From: Candidatus Woesebacteria bacterium UBA1430
GTDB taxonomy: Bacteria; Patescibacteriota; Microgenomatia; UBA8517
Assembly: GCA_002329465.1 (NCBI GenBank)
Contig: DCTW01000001.1
Coordinates: 2,787 to 53,760, forward strand
DNA length: 50,974 bases
Direction of reading: 5' to 3'
Under the pieces are notes generated by a model. It ran no database searches and was not told the DNA's origin. It saw nothing but the letters and a program-made list of their open reading frames with translations. The position numbers were made by a program, and so were the translations under genes. This document shows, piece after piece, positions 9,496 through 18,312 of this stretch (position 1 is its first letter; each line of letters begins with the position of its first letter).

Positions 9496-10353
9496 TTAAC
9501 AAAGATAAGGAGCAGACCTTCCACAATTAGGGCAACGAATCTGCCCCATACTAATTTTGGCATTAACATGCTTCCCGCAATAAGGGCAGTCGCACTCAAG
9601 CGTCTTTTCCCCAAAAATTCTACTTTGTCGAAAGCTTATTTCCGAAGCGGTCGCCGGACAGCTTATCTCGTTTGTTCCTAAAAACCTATCCCTCTGCATT
9701 TGCTGATAAATAATCATGGGATCAACTCCTATTTCAATCATTTGCTGATATCCTCTGGCTAAAGAAAGAGCCGCATTTTTATTGCCGCGCAAATTATTCC
9801 TGATCTCATCAAAAAGCTTGACGTTTTCCCCAACGGCGGCTTCAACTACATCCACCCAAGCCGAGCCGTCCTCCGGCAAAACTATAATGCTCTCCCTCAA
9901 CTCTTCAACGTCTTCAAGGTAAAGCCCCATTTTCCTTGCTGCCTCCAAACACTCACTATCGCTAAGATTCAATAAAATCGAAGAATTCTCTATAGCCTTT
10001 TGCCCATTTTTCGACAAAATCTCACTCACAATAATTTTTGAAGTGTCATACTTGCCCTCAAATTTCGGGCTAATCCATACCGCCGCCCCTCTCGTGCTTT
10101 TTTCTGCCCAGCTCTCTAATTCCAAAAAAGCCCGGTATTCTCTCTGTCCAAGAAACGAATGCCTATCTATCGATTCGTAAACAAAAGCACCTGTCTCAGG
10201 AGAAACAAAACGCCCGTTCCAAAACAAAAAATAATAATTATCAGGCGCACCCAAACTCTCAACTGAAAGTGAAGAAAGCTCCTCAACAACTTGGGGATAC
10301 GGTTTATTCTGCCAATTTATTAAGCAAGTTCTAATTTCTTGTTCGGTTATCAT
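9496..10353 (-). CDS. Hypothetical protein with C-terminal Zn ribbon (start revised to MITEQ, 285 aa)
   Basis: CPYC...CPNC at the C-terminus. The annotated upstream extension (10354-10443) coincides with a riboswitch-like RNA. AGGAAG precedes ATG 10353. Confidence 0.75.
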   Translation of the reverse strand: MITEQEIRTCLINWQNKPYPQVVEELSSLSVESLGAPDNYYFLFWNGRFVSPETGAFVYESIDRHSFLGQREYRAFLELESWAEKSTRGAAVWISPKFEGKYDTSKIIVSEILSKNGQKAIENSSILLNLSDSECLEAARKMGLYLEDVEELRESIIVLPEDGSAWVDVVEAAVGENVKLFDEIRNNLRGNKNAALSLARGYQQMIEIGVDPMIIYQQMQRDRFLGTNEISCPATASEISFRQSRIFGEKTLECDCPYCGKHVNAKISMGQIRCPNCGRSAPYLC

Positions 10354-10372
10354 CTTCCTGCTCGGGATTAAT

Positions 10373-10447
10373 GAAGCTGCTAGTTTTCCGACTTTCACGG
10401 TTGCGGCACAGCTCCGGACTTTCACCGGATTCCTTAAACACAACTTC
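10373..10447 (-). ncRNA. Compact cobalamin (B12) riboswitch-like element
   Basis: The minus strand reads GAAGTTG..TTAAGGAATCCGGTGAAAGTCCGGAGCTGTGCCGCAACCGTGAAAGTCGGAAAACTAGCAGCTTC. It contains a P4 T-loop hairpin CCGG-TGAAAGT-CCGG, a CCGCAACCGTGA core, a B12-box-like AAGTCGGAAAAC, and a 7-bp P1 (GAAGUUG/CAGCUUC). Confidence 0.8.
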
Positions 10448-10454
10448 TTTTTAC

Positions 10455-10483
10455 AAACTACTCTTTATAAAAACAAAAATCAA
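10455..10483 (-). promoter_or_regulatory. Putative sigma70 promoter for riboswitch transcript
   Basis: TTGATT (10483-10478), 17 nt, TAGTTT (10460-10455). The predicted start falls at the riboswitch P1. Confidence 0.45.
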
Positions 10484-10489
10484 GTAGCG

Positions 10490-11047
10490 TTATGCCCTGG
10501 GGGAATTAAAAATATCAACAACTTCAAAAGACATTTCTCCTTCTTTATCAGCTAAAAATTTATTATTACCAAAAACTCCTGTCCTCTTTTGAAATTCATC
10601 CACGCTTATACCAGGATTTTCCCCAAAAAGCGGTTCAATTATAATCTTCGCTCCGTCATGTATTGGGATTATCCCTATCCTTTCCTTGGACATTCTGGCA
10701 TACAACAAACCGCCACCATCGCTGTCAATATAAACGCAATTATCAATTTTCTTATTAGAAGAGCACCCAATAAAATAGTGCTTTCCGTTCGGCCAAGTAA
10801 GCTGAATCCTAAAATATGCATTTTCATATCCGGCAAATTGATCAACCAAACTTCCAACCGTCAGCATTTTAATGCGTGGCTCAGAATCGGGAATCGAATC
10901 AGGAGCTTCAGGAACTAAAGTCGGATAAGTCCTGTGCTGACAATTAGAATCGGTATGTTGTCCATATAATTCACCAATTTGCAATCCGGCCGCAACAAGG
11001 CCGACAATAACAAGACCTCTAACCCCCAAACTTCTCTCTTTACCCAT
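10490..11047 (-). CDS. Membrane-anchored hypothetical protein
   Basis: N-terminal hydrophobic helix; TGTGTTATTAT 5 nt before the ATG. Confidence 0.65.
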   Translation of the reverse strand: MGKERSLGVRGLVIVGLVAAGLQIGELYGQHTDSNCQHRTYPTLVPEAPDSIPDSEPRIKMLTVGSLVDQFAGYENAYFRIQLTWPNGKHYFIGCSSNKKIDNCVYIDSDGGGLLYARMSKERIGIIPIHDGAKIIIEPLFGENPGISVDEFQKRTGVFGNNKFLADKEGEMSFEVVDIFNSPRA

Positions 11048-11070
11048 AACCTATAATAACACAAAAAGGG

Positions 11071-11793
11071 CTATTGCTCAACATCCTCGTCGGTTATACA
11101 AAGTTCGTTGGAGATAACCGTTCTTCCTGTTTTCCTGTTAATCGGTTCAGTACAAGTTGGCGGCAGATCAACGCTGGGCCCATCGGTTGCCGCAGGAGAT
11201 GGAGTCGGAGTCCTTGGCCGAACGCAGTAACTCAGCCTCCAATAAAGACACTCGCTGTCTCCTCCACCGAAAGGCGGGGGGGTAGTTGAAGTCGGATAGG
11301 AAGAAGATGTGGGCATAGGAAACCACCCGTCTCCATCGCCGATGTCTCCATCTCCTTCATCTGCCGAGCCGTCTCCTCCGCTATCAAAATAATCATCTCC
11401 TCCCCCATCCCCGTCAGGATCGATAATTATATCCGATAGTTCATCATCATCTTTAATGCTTATTTTCCTGCCATCATTAAAAACAATATAATCCCCATTC
11501 TCATCTACCGCGTATCCCTCGCTCCCCAAGTAAAGCTTCTCATAGTATCCAAAAAAAGCTTCCGTTTTCCCCTCGTCCCACACTTCGCTTTCCGAGCCAT
11601 CTAGGTTATTTATCAACACACTCCCATCTCGTGAAACCACCACCTCGCGCCCATCTTTGTTGATTGCTATTTTTTGAATCTCGGATATCTGATCTTGAGA
11701 TGACCTCCTAAAAAGAAGGATCAAAAAAACAGCAGCTAGCAATACAAAAACAAAAATTAACAAAAGCTTTTTCTTATCTTCTAAAATTTTCAT
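11071..11793 (-). CDS. Membrane-anchored protein with acidic G/D-rich linker and Cys-containing C-terminus, in pilB-pilC operon
   Basis: N-terminal TM, DGDGGGDD tract, four Cys in the last 60 aa; ATGA overlap with pilC. Confidence 0.7.
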   Translation of the reverse strand: MKILEDKKKLLLIFVFVLLAAVFLILLFRRSSQDQISEIQKIAINKDGREVVVSRDGSVLINNLDGSESEVWDEGKTEAFFGYYEKLYLGSEGYAVDENGDYIVFNDGRKISIKDDDELSDIIIDPDGDGGGDDYFDSGGDGSADEGDGDIGDGDGWFPMPTSSSYPTSTTPPPFGGGDSECLYWRLSYCVRPRTPTPSPAATDGPSVDLPPTCTEPINRKTGRTVISNELCITDEDVEQ

Positions 11794-13010
11794 GGCTGCT
11801 GTATAGTGGACTGTAATCCTCCTATAATGCTATAAATCGGGGCAATCATCATAATCACCATTACTCCTACAACCGCACCGATCAAAAGCATCAAAACAGG
11901 CTCAAGTAGGGAAGTAAATCTTTTCAAACTATAGTCCACCTCTTTTTCGTAAAAAACGGCTAGCTCCTCAAGTACATCCTCAAGGCTCCCCGACTGCTCT
12001 CCCGCTTTTATTGTCTGGACCATTATTGGCGGAAAAAGATCTTTATTTTTTACAAGCACATCGGACAAAGACTCTCCCTTGGAAACGCTTTCACTGAACT
12101 TTTTAGCCTCTCTTTTAAAAGACCTCTGCCCCAAAGTCCCGACAGAAACATCCAAAGCCTCAAGTATCGGCACACCGCTCCGAAGAAGTGTAGAAAGCGT
12201 TCTGGAAAACCGTGCTACATCAATGTGTCTTGATATATCCCGCACAATAGGAAGTTTTGTTATAAACCTCATAATCACACTCCGCGTAGGTTGTAATATA
12301 AAAAGAAAAACAAATAAGCCCAAAATCGCTCCGAAAACACCAAGAACCAGTAGCACATTATTGCCAAAAAACTCACCTACTATAAGGAGCCATTTTGTGT
12401 AAATCGGTAAAGGGACCTCAAGCTTCAAAAAAGCCTGAGATATCTTCGGCAGTACAAACAGCATCATCAAAAGCCCATTGGCAAACATCGCAAGAATTAT
12501 TACCGCAGGATACATCAATGATCCTGTTACCTTTTGTTTTAATTCATGGCTCGCAGAAAGCTGCTTTGACAAATAATCAAAGGCCTTGTCAAGCGTCCCG
12601 GACTCCTCGCCTACTTTGATCATGGTTAAAAAAATCTGGTCAAAATCGCTCTCATATTGGGATAAAACCATGGACAGGCTCTTACCCTTCTGCGTCTGGA
12701 AAGAAACGTCCGAAAGTATTTTATTAAGCCTTTTGTTTTTTGATCCTTCGCGTATAATATCCACCGCCTCAGGTAAAGACATACCGGACCGAAGCATAGT
12801 AGCCATAAATCTGCAAAAAGAACTCTTTTCAGAAACCGAAATACCACCAAAAACCATGCTTCCGCCAATTTTGTCCGGATTTTTCACGGTAAGAACCTGA
12901 AGCCCTTGAGATCGGATCGCGCTCACCGCTTCCTCTCGACTACCCGCCTGGATAGTATCCTCGATTACATTTCCTTCTGCATTTTTTGCCTTGTATTTAA
13001 AAATTTTCAT
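11790..13010 (-). CDS. pilC: Type IV pilus/T2SS inner-membrane platform protein
   Basis: Motifs: YKAKN start, ATMLRSG, GEESGTL, LMYP, GEQSGSLE, LLEP. Confidence 0.93.
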   Translation of the reverse strand: MKIFKYKAKNAEGNVIEDTIQAGSREEAVSAIRSQGLQVLTVKNPDKIGGSMVFGGISVSEKSSFCRFMATMLRSGMSLPEAVDIIREGSKNKRLNKILSDVSFQTQKGKSLSMVLSQYESDFDQIFLTMIKVGEESGTLDKAFDYLSKQLSASHELKQKVTGSLMYPAVIILAMFANGLLMMLFVLPKISQAFLKLEVPLPIYTKWLLIVGEFFGNNVLLVLGVFGAILGLFVFLFILQPTRSVIMRFITKLPIVRDISRHIDVARFSRTLSTLLRSGVPILEALDVSVGTLGQRSFKREAKKFSESVSKGESLSDVLVKNKDLFPPIMVQTIKAGEQSGSLEDVLEELAVFYEKEVDYSLKRFTSLLEPVLMLLIGAVVGVMVIMMIAPIYSIIGGLQSTIQQP

Positions 13011-14689
13011 TGAGTTTCCATTACCGCACGCAAAACCTCCTGAATAGTAGTCATCCCGCCCGCTACTTTGTTAAGCCCGTCCTGAACCATAGAAACCATC
13101 CCCTCCTTTTTGGCCTGCTCTAAAATCAAATCGCTTGAAACATTCTTAGTAATTAAACTCCTGATATTAGAAGTCACTGGCAAAACCTCATAAATCCCGA
13201 TCCTTCCGGAAAATCCGCTATTCCCGCACACGGCGCACCCCTTTCCTCTATAAAACTTCTGAGATGATAGGTCCACCTTTAAATCCTTGCTTATCTTTTC
13301 GGAAAGCGCTGCATCCGGAGTGCACTGCTCAATACATGAGCTGCAAATTTTCCTTACAAGCCTTTGGGCAATCACCACATTAATAGTAGAAGCGGCCAAA
13401 TATCCCTCAACTCCCATATCCAAAAGCCTGGGTATCGCACCGGCCGCGTCATTCGTATGCAAAGTAGAAAGCACGAGATGCCCGGTCAGTGCAGCATGTA
13501 TCGCTATCTCGGCAGTCTCTTTATCCCTGATCTCACCCACCATCATTATATCCGGATCGTGCCTTAATAAAGATCTTAGACCCGCAGCAAAAGTAAGCCC
13601 TGTTTTAGGGTTAACTTGTATTTGAGTCACCCGCGGAATTCCGTATTCTATAGGATCCTCAATAGTACATATTTTTACATCAATCGTATTCAAAATATTC
13701 AATGCCGAATACAAAGTTGTAGTCTTACCGGACCCCGTCGGACCTGTTACCAATATCATTCCATTTGGCCTTTTCAAATTATTTTTAATAATTTCAAGAC
13801 CCTTTCCGGCAAGCCCAAGCTCCTCAAGGCTCAACGGACGCGCAGATTCGTTTAAAATTCTCATAACAACATTCTCTCCGTAAAAACCGGGGATAATCGA
13901 AATCCTAAGCGAAATAGGCTCGCTTCCGATATTAAACTTATATCTTCCATCCTGCGGCACTCTTCTTTCGTCTAATTTAAGGTTCGATAAAATCTTAATT
14001 CTTGCAACCAAAGCCTCCTCAATCCCCCTTGGAAGCCTCACAATATCAATAAGCCTTCCGTCAATCCTAAACCTTACAAAAACCTCTCTCTCTTGGGTTT
14101 CAATATGGACATCGCTTGCACGCTCGGCAAAAGCATACTCAAAAATAGTATCCAAAATTTTTATAATAGGGAGTTTTTCAGCAGCCTTTATCAGATCCTT
14201 CTCGGCTCCGGCAAGCTCCACGCTTTCGGATATAATCTTATTAAATTCCGCCCGGATATTTCTTTTATATTGCCCGAGAGCTCTTTTTATATCCTCATGG
14301 TTTGAATAATAAGGCGTGATTATTGCTCCCGTATGCCGCTTTGCAAACTCAATAGCCTCCGCGTCTCCCGGATTTTCCATCGCAAGCTTTAAAACATCAC
14401 CCTCCTTGGCAAAAGGAATCATGTTGTAAGTAACAGCCATTTTTTCGGGAATAATGGAAAGAATTGAATCCGGTATTTCAAACCTCTTAAGATTTACATA
14501 AGGAACTTTAAGATATTCGGAAACAAGTTTAGATAAAGCATCTGAAGAAATTAAGCCGTTAAAAATCAGTACATCCTCAATATTTTTGTCAAGATCCTCA
14601 GCGGTTTTGACGGATTCTTCAAATTCGTCGGCATTAATATACCCCGAGTCAACAAGTATCTGTTTATAAACTTCTTTAGTAAATCTCAT
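13007..14689 (-). CDS. pilB: Type IV pilus extension ATPase (GspE/PilB)
   Basis: ASDVHIE, RVPQDGR, Walker A GPTGSGKTT, TIEDPIE, LRHDPDIMMVGEIRD, TGHLVLSTLHTND, tetra-Cys motif. Confidence 0.95.
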   Translation of the reverse strand: MRFTKEVYKQILVDSGYINADEFEESVKTAEDLDKNIEDVLIFNGLISSDALSKLVSEYLKVPYVNLKRFEIPDSILSIIPEKMAVTYNMIPFAKEGDVLKLAMENPGDAEAIEFAKRHTGAIITPYYSNHEDIKRALGQYKRNIRAEFNKIISESVELAGAEKDLIKAAEKLPIIKILDTIFEYAFAERASDVHIETQEREVFVRFRIDGRLIDIVRLPRGIEEALVARIKILSNLKLDERRVPQDGRYKFNIGSEPISLRISIIPGFYGENVVMRILNESARPLSLEELGLAGKGLEIIKNNLKRPNGMILVTGPTGSGKTTTLYSALNILNTIDVKICTIEDPIEYGIPRVTQIQVNPKTGLTFAAGLRSLLRHDPDIMMVGEIRDKETAEIAIHAALTGHLVLSTLHTNDAAGAIPRLLDMGVEGYLAASTINVVIAQRLVRKICSSCIEQCTPDAALSEKISKDLKVDLSSQKFYRGKGCAVCGNSGFSGRIGIYEVLPVTSNIRSLITKNVSSDLILEQAKKEGMVSMVQDGLNKVAGGMTTIQEVLRAVMETQ

Positions 14690-14758
14690 TGGGCAGCTCC
14701 TATTTTTAGTATATCATCAACATACACTTGTAAAAACAAAAATGGTATCATATGAGTT

Positions 14759-15412
14759 GTGAACTTTAATTCAAAAATATTACTTATAGAGCCGGTTACC
14801 CATAACGTAATCCGCTTAATCATCAGTAAGCCGGATAAGTTTAATTTTCTGCCCGGCCAAGCCGCAGAAATAGAGGGACACCCTTTCACAATGGTCTCCC
14901 AGCCCGAAGATCTGGTGCTGGAATTTATTATAAAAACTTACCCCCAAAAGCTCTTTCCAAACCATAGCGGCCTGACAGAAAGCTTTCTTTCAAAAAAGCC
15001 GGGTGATAATCTTAGCGTTTCCTCTCCATTCGGTACAATCAATTACCAGGGAAAGGGCGTTTTTATAGCAGGCGGCGCAGGGATTACACCCTTTCTGTCA
15101 ATATTCAAGATGCTTCATGAAAAAATTGATCTCAAAGGCAATAAGCTTATCTTTTCAAACAAAACCAAAAAAGACATTATCCTGGAAACTGAATTAAGAA
15201 ACTTCTTTGACGAAAGCGATCTATCTCTCACCCTCACAAAAGAAAAAATCAATGGCTACGGTTTTGGTCGCATAAACGAAGGAAAAATAAAAAAATTTTT
15301 CAATCCGGGTATGAATTTCTACGTCTGCGGTCCGAAGCAAATGATTACTGACATTAAAAACATAATTCAAAAACTGGGAGTAAAACCAGAGTCAATTATC
15401 TTCGAAAAATGA
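14759..15412 (+). CDS. Ferredoxin-NADP reductase-like FAD/NAD-binding oxidoreductase
   Basis: FLPGQ, HPFTMVS, FIAGGAGITPF, YVCGP, C-terminal FEK. Confidence 0.88.
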   Translation: MNFNSKILLIEPVTHNVIRLIISKPDKFNFLPGQAAEIEGHPFTMVSQPEDLVLEFIIKTYPQKLFPNHSGLTESFLSKKPGDNLSVSSPFGTINYQGKGVFIAGGAGITPFLSIFKMLHEKIDLKGNKLIFSNKTKKDIILETELRNFFDESDLSLTLTKEKINGYGFGRINEGKIKKFFNPGMNFYVCGPKQMITDIKNIIQKLGVKPESIIFEK

Positions 15413-15423
15413 TATAATAGACA

Positions 15424-15714
15424 ATGCTCACATTGCCTCAAAACGTCAAAAAATTCCTTTGGGACGTAAACGCTGACAATCTTACCAAATTCGATTCCGC
15501 TTTTATAATAGAAAGGATTTTGGAATATGGAGACTGGAGCGAATTAGAGTGGTTAATAAAAAATTTCAAAAAAGAGGAAATAACAAACGTACTCAAAAAC
15601 AGCAAAAGAATATCTTCAAAAACCGGAAATTTTTACGCACTCTATTTTGATGTTCCCAAAAAAGAAATCTTATGTATAAACAAACCCTTTACCCGCAAAC
15701 AAGACAGATTTTAA
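15424..15714 (+). CDS. DUF6922-like putative antitoxin
   Basis: FLWDV...FIIERILEYGD motif; overlaps the AbiEii-type gene. TATAAT lies 5 nt before the ATG. Confidence 0.75.
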   Translation: MLTLPQNVKKFLWDVNADNLTKFDSAFIIERILEYGDWSELEWLIKNFKKEEITNVLKNSKRISSKTGNFYALYFDVPKKEILCINKPFTRKQDRF

Positions 15715-16295
15715 ATAAACTCAAAAAAATTCCGATAGTCAATACTTTCTATCTGGCAGGAGGCACCGCGCTTGCATTGCAAATAGGACATAGGAAATCG
15801 GCAGACCTGGACTTTTTTATTCAAAAATTCCCAGATAGGGATATTCTTATCCAGCGCCTTGACCCGTTTTCTCCAAAAATAACCCAAGAAGCACAAGGCA
15901 CTCTTGATGTAACAATTGACGATGTAAAAACAAGCTTTCTCGAATACAAATACCCGCTCCTTAAAAATTTTGTTCAATACGAAGGTATTAAACTCGCCTC
16001 AATACTGGATATTGCCTGCATGAAGCTTTCGGCAATTTCATCCCGCTCAACCAAAAAAGATTTCGCAGACCTCTACTTTATACTTAAAAACCATCCTCTC
16101 AAAACTCTTCTTAAAAGCTTCGATAAAAAATTTAACCAAGTTTCCTACCAAAAAATCCATATTTTAAAATCCCTTACTTACTTTGAAGATGCGGATCAAG
16201 ACCCCGATCCCGATTACACAACAAACATAAATTGGAGTGAAATCAAAAACGATATTTCCTTAAAAGTCAAAGACTATCTTTCAGAGCTAAACTGA
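15672..16295 (+). CDS. AbiEii/AbiGii-family nucleotidyltransferase toxin
   Basis: FYLAGGTALALQIGHRKSADLDFF, MKLSAI..R..KKDFADLY. Confidence 0.88.
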   Translation: MYKQTLYPQTRQILNKLKKIPIVNTFYLAGGTALALQIGHRKSADLDFFIQKFPDRDILIQRLDPFSPKITQEAQGTLDVTIDDVKTSFLEYKYPLLKNFVQYEGIKLASILDIACMKLSAISSRSTKKDFADLYFILKNHPLKTLLKSFDKKFNQVSYQKIHILKSLTYFEDADQDPDPDYTTNINWSEIKNDISLKVKDYLSELN

Positions 16296-16529
16296 AGCTT
16301 CCAATTTTCCAATTCTTTTCTCATGATCTTCCAATCTGTCACCATGCTCCGATATTCTATGCGACACTATCACTCGCTCATCACGGCTGTCGACGATTTC
16401 CTTCAAAATTGGATCAATTTTATTGTATAAATCGCTTCTAAACTGTGAAAGCTTTTCTTCAAGCTTTTCTTCTAATTTTCTATCAACAATATTCTCAATT
16501 TCTACTAAATCACTTTTTGTCAATGCCAT
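16287..16529 (-). CDS. Small coiled-coil hypothetical protein
   Basis: 80-aa heptad-rich ORF; TATAAT 6 nt before the ATG. Confidence 0.7.
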   Translation of the reverse strand: MALTKSDLVEIENIVDRKLEEKLEEKLSQFRSDLYNKIDPILKEIVDSRDERVIVSHRISEHGDRLEDHEKRIGKLEASV

Positions 16530-16551
16530 AAAAAAATTATATCATACTCTT

Positions 16552-18291
16552 TTACCAGCTCCCCCCACCCCCTCCGCCAAATCCGCCGCCTGCTGAACCG
16601 CCGCCAAATCCAGATCCGCCGGAGCTTTTCGGGCTAGAAGAAATGCTTTTTCCAAATGCGCTGTCCATGCTCCCGATATTCGCAAGAACAATAGCGTTTG
16701 TTCCCCCCACATAAGAAGGCGGAGAAACTCCGAGCTTTTTCATTTCGCTTGCAAGCTTTTTAACGACCCCCAAAGAAATCGCCAGCGGAAGCATCTCTTC
16801 AAAAAACAGCCTCTTTTCATTTATCTCATGCCTCCACTTACCCTTATTGACATAAAAGGCAAGCCCCTTGCCCTGCCTATGCACCGCATACCCCGCGGCA
16901 GTCTTTCTCGGCATCAAAAAGGCAATAGGAAAAGAGATAACGCTAAAAATCCCAAAAACAACAAAAGGCAGATAATTCCCGGTCAAACTATAAAACCAAT
17001 ATATAACAAGCGCCAAAAATACTTCCAATGCGCCCAATTTAAAAATCCACTTAATCCTCACCCTTTCGGGGTTTGTAGGAAAGTACCCGGCTTTGACCAC
17101 TTGTTCGTAAATCCTCTTTTTAAACTCGGGTAAATGTTTATAAAACTTATTCTCAAGCGAGCTTAAAAGCACCTCATCCCCGCCCTCAAAAAGCTTTTCA
17201 TACAAATATTTCTGGTAATCCCGAAGGAGCTTTGTATCCTTTTCTAATTTGATAAATTTATAATCCGTAGTCTTGCCCAAAAATTTTTTCTTGGCAACAA
17301 TTTCCATTTTTAGGAAGCGAAGCCTTGCAAGCTCGGCTATCTCGGCAACCACATCCCTTATATCTACTCGCTCATCAACGACAGTTCCCAGCTCTCCGGG
17401 AGTTACACCATCAAGAGGATAGTAAGAAGTCGGCAAATGTGCCCTCTTAAAAATAGATACCGTTTTAGTAGATTTATCATCCGGCTCGTAATAAACGCTG
17501 TCCGACAAATACCTCTTGTCTCTCCCGTGTTTAAACCAGAAATACAATATATAGAAAAACCCTAAGGGAGCGGCTAAATATCCAAAAAAATTAATAAATC
17601 TCTCTGTTAACCTTTCAATAAACCCCGGAAAAACTAGCTCATTATTCTTATCAAAAGCAACTACAATACTCATATCCCGCCCGTTGCCAAGCGTTTGTCC
17701 TGTCGAAAAGCTAGCCAATTGTGCGTTAACAGTCTGAGAAGTACACTCCTTGCTAGACCCGCTCTCACCGCTATAACATCGGATATCTACGATCCCGGCA
17801 TAATCGGATATAACATTAGCAGTTACATTCTCAACAGGCGCATCCCAGCCGCCGCCAACCACATTCCAGTAAAGTTCATAGTGCTTATCATACGCGATCA
17901 AAATATTTTTAACCCGGTAAGTAATTACATAAAAAACTTCCCCGGAAACCAGCTTCTCAGAATCGCCTATTTTTATAGAAACATAGTCCCCAGATTTACT
18001 AACCTTGTAAGGGATTTCAACCCCCCGCCCATCAGTAACGCTATGAACCGAAAGCTTGCTGTTAATCCTTCTCCCATCGATCTTATAAACACTCGGTATC
18101 TCCCTGTAAATCCCGTGCCTGCTTTCCGAAAAATAAACATCAATCCGTTCAGTAATCAAAAAAGAAGTATCCTTAGAAAGTGTAATATCAGCCTCAAACC
18201 GTCTCACCTCATACCCGCCAAGAGAAGCTTGAACCGGTCTTACAAACCCAAAAAATAAAATAAAAATAAAAAGAGCTAAAATTCTTCGCAT
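16552..18291 (-). CDS. DUF2207-like membrane protein
   Basis: ITERI..HGIYREIP, ELYWNVVG, GELGTVVD, and a Gly-rich C-terminus (GGGFGGGGGGSW). Confidence 0.88.
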   Translation of the reverse strand: MRRILALFIFILFFGFVRPVQASLGGYEVRRFEADITLSKDTSFLITERIDVYFSESRHGIYREIPSVYKIDGRRINSKLSVHSVTDGRGVEIPYKVSKSGDYVSIKIGDSEKLVSGEVFYVITYRVKNILIAYDKHYELYWNVVGGGWDAPVENVTANVISDYAGIVDIRCYSGESGSSKECTSQTVNAQLASFSTGQTLGNGRDMSIVVAFDKNNELVFPGFIERLTERFINFFGYLAAPLGFFYILYFWFKHGRDKRYLSDSVYYEPDDKSTKTVSIFKRAHLPTSYYPLDGVTPGELGTVVDERVDIRDVVAEIAELARLRFLKMEIVAKKKFLGKTTDYKFIKLEKDTKLLRDYQKYLYEKLFEGGDEVLLSSLENKFYKHLPEFKKRIYEQVVKAGYFPTNPERVRIKWIFKLGALEVFLALVIYWFYSLTGNYLPFVVFGIFSVISFPIAFLMPRKTAAGYAVHRQGKGLAFYVNKGKWRHEINEKRLFFEEMLPLAISLGVVKKLASEMKKLGVSPPSYVGGTNAIVLANIGSMDSAFGKSISSSPKSSGGSGFGGGSAGGGFGGGGGGSW

Positions 18292-18312
18292 TAATTACCA
18301 TTCTACTACAAA

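Noticed and set aside
10390-10430. GAAAGTCCGG as RNase P RNA
   Set aside because: The available gap is too short, the other RNase P conserved regions are missing, and the surrounding motifs fit a cobalamin riboswitch better.
10354-10443. 30-aa N-terminal extension (MCLRNP...) of the Zn-ribbon protein
   Set aside because: It overlaps the riboswitch-like RNA; ATG 10353 with AGGAAG is the more plausible start.
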